DNA of 64,000 nucleotides from the human T2T-CHM13v2.0 reference genome, Homo sapiens: the NCBI RefSeq assembly GCF_009914755.1, contig NC_060930.1; one strand, written 5' to 3'. The position numbers and the translations under genes are program-made. How positions within the stretch are numbered: the stretch's first letter is position 1; each line of letters starts with the position of its first letter. Of the stretch, positions 57,178-64,000 are shown piece by piece. The notes beneath the pieces were generated by a model. It was not told the DNA's origin. It ran no database searches and was given only the letters and a program-made list of their open reading frames with translations.

Positions 57178-59379
57178 CGCGGCTCTGCGCTCCTGGCGAC
57201 TGGTCCCCGCCGGGCATGGGCTGGAGGGCTCGGTCGGGCCAGCTCCCTGGAATCGCTTAGGCAAATCCTCCTTTTTTACCTGCTCACCAACATCTCACCT
57301 GGTCATAAAGAGCTGGGTTGCTACCTGCCGACGCATGCGCGCTGGCCCAGGAATTCACTCCGCCAGCTGCAGTCCCAGCGCCGCACAGAGCTGACCTGGG
57401 AAGTGATGGATTTATAGCCGCGGCAATCTTGCCATCAGCTCCAGCTTTTCCCAACAGCCCCAACCCGCTTTCCCGGTCAGTCCCTGGCCCGGGAACCGAA
57501 GCTGACTGACTGCTGGATGTGCTGGGTGCGATGCGAGTGTGAGTGTGTTTTCGCACTCCAGTGGTGGGGCATCGACAAGCTCGACCCATGGTTAGCCTCC
57601 CCTCGGAACTTTCGAACTGGGGGAGTCTCCACTCCCGGGTGGGGGTCGGGGGTTGGGGAAGGGCTAGACTGCTAGAAGCGTCCAGACCCCATGATCCCCG
57701 CGCACCTGGACACAGTGGGGACAGGTCGCCGTCCCCGCCTCCCCACCCGCCCACGAGGTGCAGGGCACGGCTGGCCTTAGCGGATCTGACTCTGCCAACC
57801 CCGGGGCCACTTCAGCGTTAGATTCCACATGAAACTGTTGCTCAATAGGTGAAGACGTTCATGATTCTGTGTCACTTCTGGCTTCTAGGTTTAGTCTCCT
57901 CCCATCGTAGAGAGAAAGAGAGAAACTCTACACATACATACACACACTCACACACACTCTCTCTTACACACTCAGACTTAGCACTTCTGTACAAAGGTCC
58001 ACCCCCTTCTTCCTACTTTCACAGTTCCCTTCCCCTCTCCCACTCCTCTATGGCTTCCAGCGCTTTATCTTTTCCATTTAGAACTTTTTAAAGGAAGAAT
58101 GGGGGCGTTGGTGGCTCTGGGATGGGCAACTGAGGTTTGGTTTAGGGTTTGCTTTCCCATGACAGATAAAATCACTGAAGTGATTTCACCGCTGCTTCTA
58201 ATTAGAGGGGAGCTTTAAAAGAAGCCACGGGATTTGGGGCTCCCGGAGCCGCACCTGGCCAGGAGGGAGGTGAGGGTGAGGAGATTGGCCTCGGGCCACA
58301 CTCTCCCAGAGACGGTGCCAGTCCCATTCCGCGGCTATGAGATCGAATTGTCCTGGGTCTAGGCCTGGGACGCCTGGGCCAGGCCCAGTTACCCTCCCGG
58401 GCTGCTGTCGCCGGGACTTGGAGACGAACAAAGAACCAGTTTTAAATCGTCTTCTCTGACATGTCAGGCAAATATGTGTAAAAGGTCAGCTCCACGCTGT
58501 GGAGCAGAGACCTGTCCCCCAGGCACCAAAACCTCCCCTTTCTAACCGTGCCCGAGAGCCTCCGACCCCTGGGCCCTGTCCAGGCGGCTTTGCACCTCTC
58601 GGCCTTCCCAGGGGTGGGGTGGAGGTGCCTCTCCCTGGAGTCCCCTTATCGGTTCCGCATTTTATTCATCCCTGGGCTACAGGACTTTCATCCCAATGCC
58701 CATCCTTTAGTTGATTTAAAACTTTCTGGGACCTGCCTTAGAATCTTGGTCAAGGCTGGGGGTTTCTGTGGGTAGTTTTTTTGGTTTGTTTTGTTTTGCT
58801 GAGAATTTAAATAAATTAGATGAAGTTTTTAACTCCTAAGTGCATCTTCCCTGGCTTTTTCCAGACGGTGGAAATAGGGCGGTGACTAACTTTTCAGAGT
58901 GGAAGACACGCACGAAGGGCGCACCTGCAGCTCTCCGGGATTCAGGCGGGGGTCGCTGTGCTCTCTTAAAAGTGAGCGGCGGTTTCAGCCTGCCACCGCT
59001 TCGCCTCGCCAGCTCGGAGGAAACTCTGGCTGGAGGCGACCTCGGGCCCAGCCGGACGGGCCGGGCCGAGCCTAGGAGGGGCTGGCAGACGTGTCCCAGG
59101 GCCAGGGTGGGGCGTAGGGAGCGCCGTCTCCACCCTCAGTACTTTTGGGGTGGGGGACCTGAGCGTGCGGAGAGCGGGAGGCAGAGCTGAGAGCGGGGTT
59201 AAGCGCGAAGCTAAGGCGCCGCATAGGGTTGGGTGGGAATGGACAGGGTGAGCTGGAAGCGAAGCACCCCAGCCAGGCCTTAGGAGAGAGGACCGTCGGC
59301 ATCTGTGCACATCCTAGCGGGCGGATGATGTGGGAGAGAGGCGGAGGGAGGTGAAATGCGGGAGCTAGAATTTAGCTTT

Positions 59380-59585
59380 GCAGTGAGGTCACTTGGGGTC
59401 TGCATTCAGCTCCGATATATACATGTAGGGGCTGTGTGATCCTGGGGAAGTTACCGACCTTGTCTGAACTCCTGTTTCCTGGTTTGTAAAGTGGCTAATT
59501 GGTGGGAATTCAATAGGAGAATGTGCGCAAAACGCTTAGCACAGCGCCTGGCCAACAATGCGCTCTCAAGAAAGGCTGCTGAGCC
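59380..59585 (+). mobile_element. MIR
   Basis: gctgtgtgatcctggggaagttac...tgtttcctggtttgtaaagtgg...cgcttagcacagcgcctggc. Confidence 0.7.
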
Positions 59586-61317
59586 TTGTCCAGGACGGTC
59601 TACACCGCCCCACGTCCAAGATGAGTTCACAGCGCCCAAGACCTGTTCAATTTAAGATGATGTAAACTGCATTGCCCTTCTTAGACACGCAGCAGCCAGG
59701 AGCTGGTCATCTGCACCTCCCGCGATTTCCTCCTCAGAACCCCAGTCCTGCCAGATTTGCGTCCTTCCCTGGCTCCTCAAACACCTGCTGCACCGCTCAG
59801 AGCCTTTCCCCACCCCGACCTCCTCCGCAGCTCCGCACCAGCGAGACTGCGCCCCGTGGCACCTCGGGGGTGCCACGATTGGCGGGGGATGGGGGATGCC
59901 TCCCAGCTTCATCCGCTCTCCGGGTTCCAGACAACCATTCCGGAGAGCCAGCTGCTCTCAGTGCGGGCAGGCCCAAGGCCACTAACTGCACTTGGCGACC
60001 CACCTCCGTTCCCAAGAGGCCTCGGAAAGTGCGGCCTCGGGTCTCTTTTGAAACAGAGACCCGCGGCACCCCGCTTCTCCCCCTGGGATAGGAGAGGGAG
60101 AGCCGCGGGAGTTCCGCAGCCACTCCTGGCGCTGCCACCACGAAGCAGGTTCACTAGCTAACAGGGCCTGGGACACTGAGCCGTGTCGCAAACTTTTCTG
60201 TGCCCCACTCAATGAGGGAAGCCTGAGCTGCGGTGAGGGGCGGGATGACCTGGTGTTGGGTTGAGCGGAGCTCCCAGCTTCAGGTAATGCTGAGCTCAGG
60301 CTCTCTGAGGCCTGTGGTGTCAGAAACTGCGGTGGAACCCATTCTCCGCCAACAACCCTCCTCCCAGCGCCATCAGCCCCAAAGTTTCTGAGGGAGTAAT
60401 CTCTGAGTTAGGGTTAAGCCCTGCTTGAGCCTCATTTTCACTCCACTCCTTCACTTACCATCAGGCACCATACCCCTAGCGATTTCACCCAACGTTCTCT
60501 AAATGAACTTGGATATCTGGACCCAAGTCTGAGCAATGGGTTCATTCGGGTGATGACCTCGGCTTTGCTTTTCCGCTGGGGAGTTGAAGATCCCTGGGCA
60601 GGTGGAGTGACCTCTGGCTTCACGTCTTTCCTCTTCCCCTGTCTCCCACAGTGGCTGCTATTCCCTGCCCTTGGCAGAGCAAACCTAATTTAAACTTTGT
60701 TTCCTTCTTGGTCCCCCTTGGCGTGGTAAACTTGCCCTCAGGGTCAGGGCCAGGAAGAAGGAGAATTGGGCTACTCAAAGGAAAAGGTGAGGGAAACTGA
60801 GTGGCATGACTCTCCAATTGGATTAGGGCAAAGGAATTACCAGGAGAATTACCAGCAACCACAGGAGAAGAAATTAGCCAAATCTCTTAGCAAAGGTGTC
60901 CAGGGAGAAGGTGAAGAAGGAAGGGTGTGCATTAGGGATGTCCCACTGTGGCTTTCCAGAATGCACGCTTTCAACTGACAGCAGTGGGTACAGGCCCGAG
61001 GTGTGCAGCAAGCTGGGAAGCCCAGAGGCCGAGAAGCTAAAGATGCCCTGGAGACTGGAGGAGCGCATCACCGGTCAGTGCGCCCCCTCCAGGAGCGGCC
61101 TCCCGGCCCTCTCGGCCTTAGGCGACAGGTGCAGCAGCTGTCTCTACTGCCCGCTGTGCCAGGGCGGCTGCCGAGCACTGGTGCGGAACCACTATCGGAA
61201 CGAGTTTGCACTTCTGTTTACAAAGCAATCCTGCCATCAAAAGAGGAACAAAATCACCACTTATCACACCCTGTCATAAAGTAATCTGCCCTGGAGGGAA
61301 ACCCTTGTGGAGAACTG

Positions 61318-61318
<1 letters not shown>

Positions 61319-61367
<49 letters not shown>
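61319..61367. repeat. (TG)n microsatellite
   Basis: Seen directly. Confidence 0.97.
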
Positions 61368-61368
<1 letters not shown>

Positions 61369-62753
61369 GGGGGAGGGGGGATGGAGGAAAGGGGGATTCT
61401 CCCAACTCTTCTGCAGAGTAAATCGCTGGAACGCGTGGTGTCCCAACCGGCCTGGAAAGACCGAGAGTACCATGAGCTGTGAAGCTGGGGTGTGACAGGG
61501 ATGCCCGTCCAGGGCTGGCAAGAGTGCAGAATGGCTCTCTTGGATCTTTGGAATAGGCACATCTGCAGACCCCGCTCCAATGTTTACTTTCCTAGCGCCT
61601 TCGAAGATACTCCCAAGGGCCCCCAAAATAGATCAGCAAAAAGTGTTGGGGGTGGGGGGAGTGAAAAAGCCAGTTCTTGAAGACTGTAAGGTCCCCTTTC
61701 GCATCTCAGCAACTGGAGTGTGCAGGGAATTCCTGACCAGTGGTTTTGCTCCCTCCAATCCCTTGTCTCCCCCCTCCCATGTTATGCACTTGTTCTTGGA
61801 GAGATGGAGGTTAAAGAAGCGTCAAGCAGTTCTCACTGCAAATAAATGGTGCAGAAATAAGAGAGAGAGGATGAAAGCCTAGGAAGTTATAAGTGATCCT
61901 GACCCGACCCAGCCACCAGGGGGTTATCTCTTTCCAGGTCCTGCCTTGTGTAGAGTGAGGTGATAAATGCTTTAGGCAGCCAAATCCAAGCACAGCTGGG
62001 TGCCTGGCGGGGATGGGGTGGGGGTGGTCCTATGTGGTGCCTCTGCCTCTGGAGTTACCTTTAGGAAAGGTCAAGAGAACTATCCTCCCCTCCATGTCTG
62101 CTGAAAAGGGGCTATTTTGCTAGTCTTGGTATCAGTAATTCACCACTTAATATAACCAGGTTTTAGGTTTGTATATGAGCGATCCTGGACATCCAATACC
62201 ATCCCCCCAGTTCCCCAGCGCCACTCCTGGACATTCTAGACACCAGCGAGGCTTCTTCTGCAGCCATTCCTAATGTAGCAGATCCATTTTGGGGGGAGTC
62301 TGGATGCAGGTGTGTGTGATCCAGCCTGAATTTGAGACTCTCAGTTTCTTTAACACCAGCTTGAAAAGTCTGCAATCACTAGCCCTGAGAGAGTACTTTG
62401 GTTCCTAATGGGATATCCTGAGTCAGGGTGGCTGAAAGAGCTACCAGTTTACCTTGTACATGGCAGGCAGAATTCTCAATGCTAACTTACCACTTGCACT
62501 TATTGAAGGCCTGGGGGAGATGGTTTCATCCTTCATAATTCCTGTATGTCTGATGCCAGTGGAGAGTCAATGTTTTGCTGTGTCACTGTGCAAAAAACAA
62601 ACAAACAAACAAAAAACCTGTAAGGTGAGGGATTGTACTTTTCAATGACTGGGGAGCTAGTTCCAAAGCTGGCACAATCGCCAAGAGCTAAATGGAAGAA
62701 GGTCCTTGCTCCTTCTCCAAAAAACCTTTCCTGGGGGTAATGGGTGACTTAGG

Positions 62754-62880
62754 GCAGTGACCTTCAAACTTTGCTGTGTATTAGAGTCAGCTGGAGGGTT
62801 GTAAAGTCGCGATGCCTGAGCGGCTCAACACAACAAAGAAATCAGAATATCTGGGAGTAAAACCCAGATTTGGGAACCAT
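62754..62880. mobile_element. MER5-like hAT fragment
   Basis: cagtgaccttcaaactttgctgtgtattagagtcagctggag...aatcagaatatctggg. Confidence 0.55.
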
Positions 62881-64000
62881 TTAGGGAAAGTCTGCCTCGA
62901 TCTGTAGCAGAGTTTTGGGATTGACTTTCTAAACTGCAGCCACTCCTCATCTTTGGCCTTGTGAAAAACTTGAGACCCCGGCTTTATCAGTCCCCCTTTT
63001 GAAAAACAGGGCGTGTCTCAGCCCTAGGTATGCAAAGCTAAACGTCTCAAACCGCTCTGCATTCGAATTAGCCAACTTAAGAACAAGTCCAACAGCACTG
63101 CTAAGCAAGAGCCTAATAACTCAGCGTTTCGCGACATCTCTTGGCGGCGTTGACCGTTTGCCCGGGACACTGGTTTAGAAGCACGGCATAGGGTGTCTCT
63201 ACATCTTAGAAATCAAGACAGCCTCTAGGTTAGAATAAAGTTTACTCTGGACTGGGCATAACTCCACTCCACCTCTGCGATTCTTCTTCTCGTTTCCCGT
63301 CTTCTGTCTTTTCTTTCCTCCCTTCCCAACTCCTAGCGCGCTACTTTAACGTCTCAGTCTCGTTCGCTAAGCCCATGCGCCTGGGACTTGTTCTTTGAAT
63401 CTCAAGTCCGAAAAGCCAGGAATCCTCGATCATGGACTTCCTCCTGCTAAATTAGAGGGAGTGAAATTTCGCTCTCCTCTCCATCCTACTTCCCCATCCC
63501 AAACTCGCTAGATTAAGTTCGCTGACCAGGCGCGCACCCAATGGCAGCACCCTCTCCAACATTTTCCCCACCAGAGAGGCAAGTGTCCTACATTTGTACG
63601 TAAAGGTCCCTGAGTGGCTAGGTGGAGAGGCTCGGATGTCTTTTCCTGGAGCGGGCCTCGGGGAGCTGCAGCAGCCCCAGCCTCAGGCACCACAGCCAAG
63701 CGAGCGCGCCTTGGGCTCGCTGCTCTGCACGCAGCTGGAGGTCTGGGCCGCTGACCCTCTGGCCACGTAGTCAACCCGAGGATGTGTGCCCCGGGGCTCG
63801 GCCTTGCCTCGGGTGAGAAGGCTAGTCACCATTCAGGGTGCAGGTGTCATGGCCTGGAAATGGCAATATCTGAGCAAACAGGTGGGCGTCGCTTCCCGGC
63901 GGTGCGGTGGCCGCTGGCTCGCAGCGCGCTCCAGCTTTCGGCGCCGCCGCCGCCCCTTTGCTCTGCGGACTCAGCCAGTTCCCGGGTGGCCCAGCTGGGT

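Noticed and set aside
61114-63688. AP-2 consensus sites GCCTTAGGC and GCCTCAGGC (autoregulation)
   Set aside because: GCCN3GGC is too frequent in CpG islands to call without binding data

Overview
Vertebrate (human-type, Alu-containing) genomic DNA covering the TFAP2A (AP-2 alpha) locus on the minus strand; from recall this is chr6p24.3. I reconstructed all coding exons from GT/AG junctions. Three alternative first exons (1c 57145-57177, 1a 52665-52709/52715, 1b 49301-49327) splice to common exons 2-7 (48065 down to the TGA at 36147). Exon 1a gives 1314 nt = 437 aa + stop. The 3' UTR of about 1.7 kb ends near 34410. The first 18.4 kb is repeat-rich: 16 Alus, LTR, Tigger, MIR and L2 remnants, and an Alu-interrupted RPL7L1 processed pseudogene. 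From about 18.5 kb the DNA is almost Alu-free and rich in CpG islands and enhancer-like non-coding blocks. No prokaryotic-type system (CRISPR, operon, tRNA or rRNA) is present, and most ORF-track entries are Alu or GC-rich artefacts. The most interesting candidate is a spliced 176-aa overlapping -1-frame ORF. It runs from an upstream ATG in exon 1c through all of exon 2 into exon 3, and exon 1b can also reach it. Other candidates are a FGF4-type Sox-Oct motif in the 1a promoter, a CTCF-motif cluster at the Alu-rich/Alu-poor border, a cryptic poly-Ala frame behind the stop codon and a 49-bp octamer-bearing direct repeat. All need outside checking. Repeat family names, lncRNA extents and CpG-island limits are approximate, by eye or from recall.
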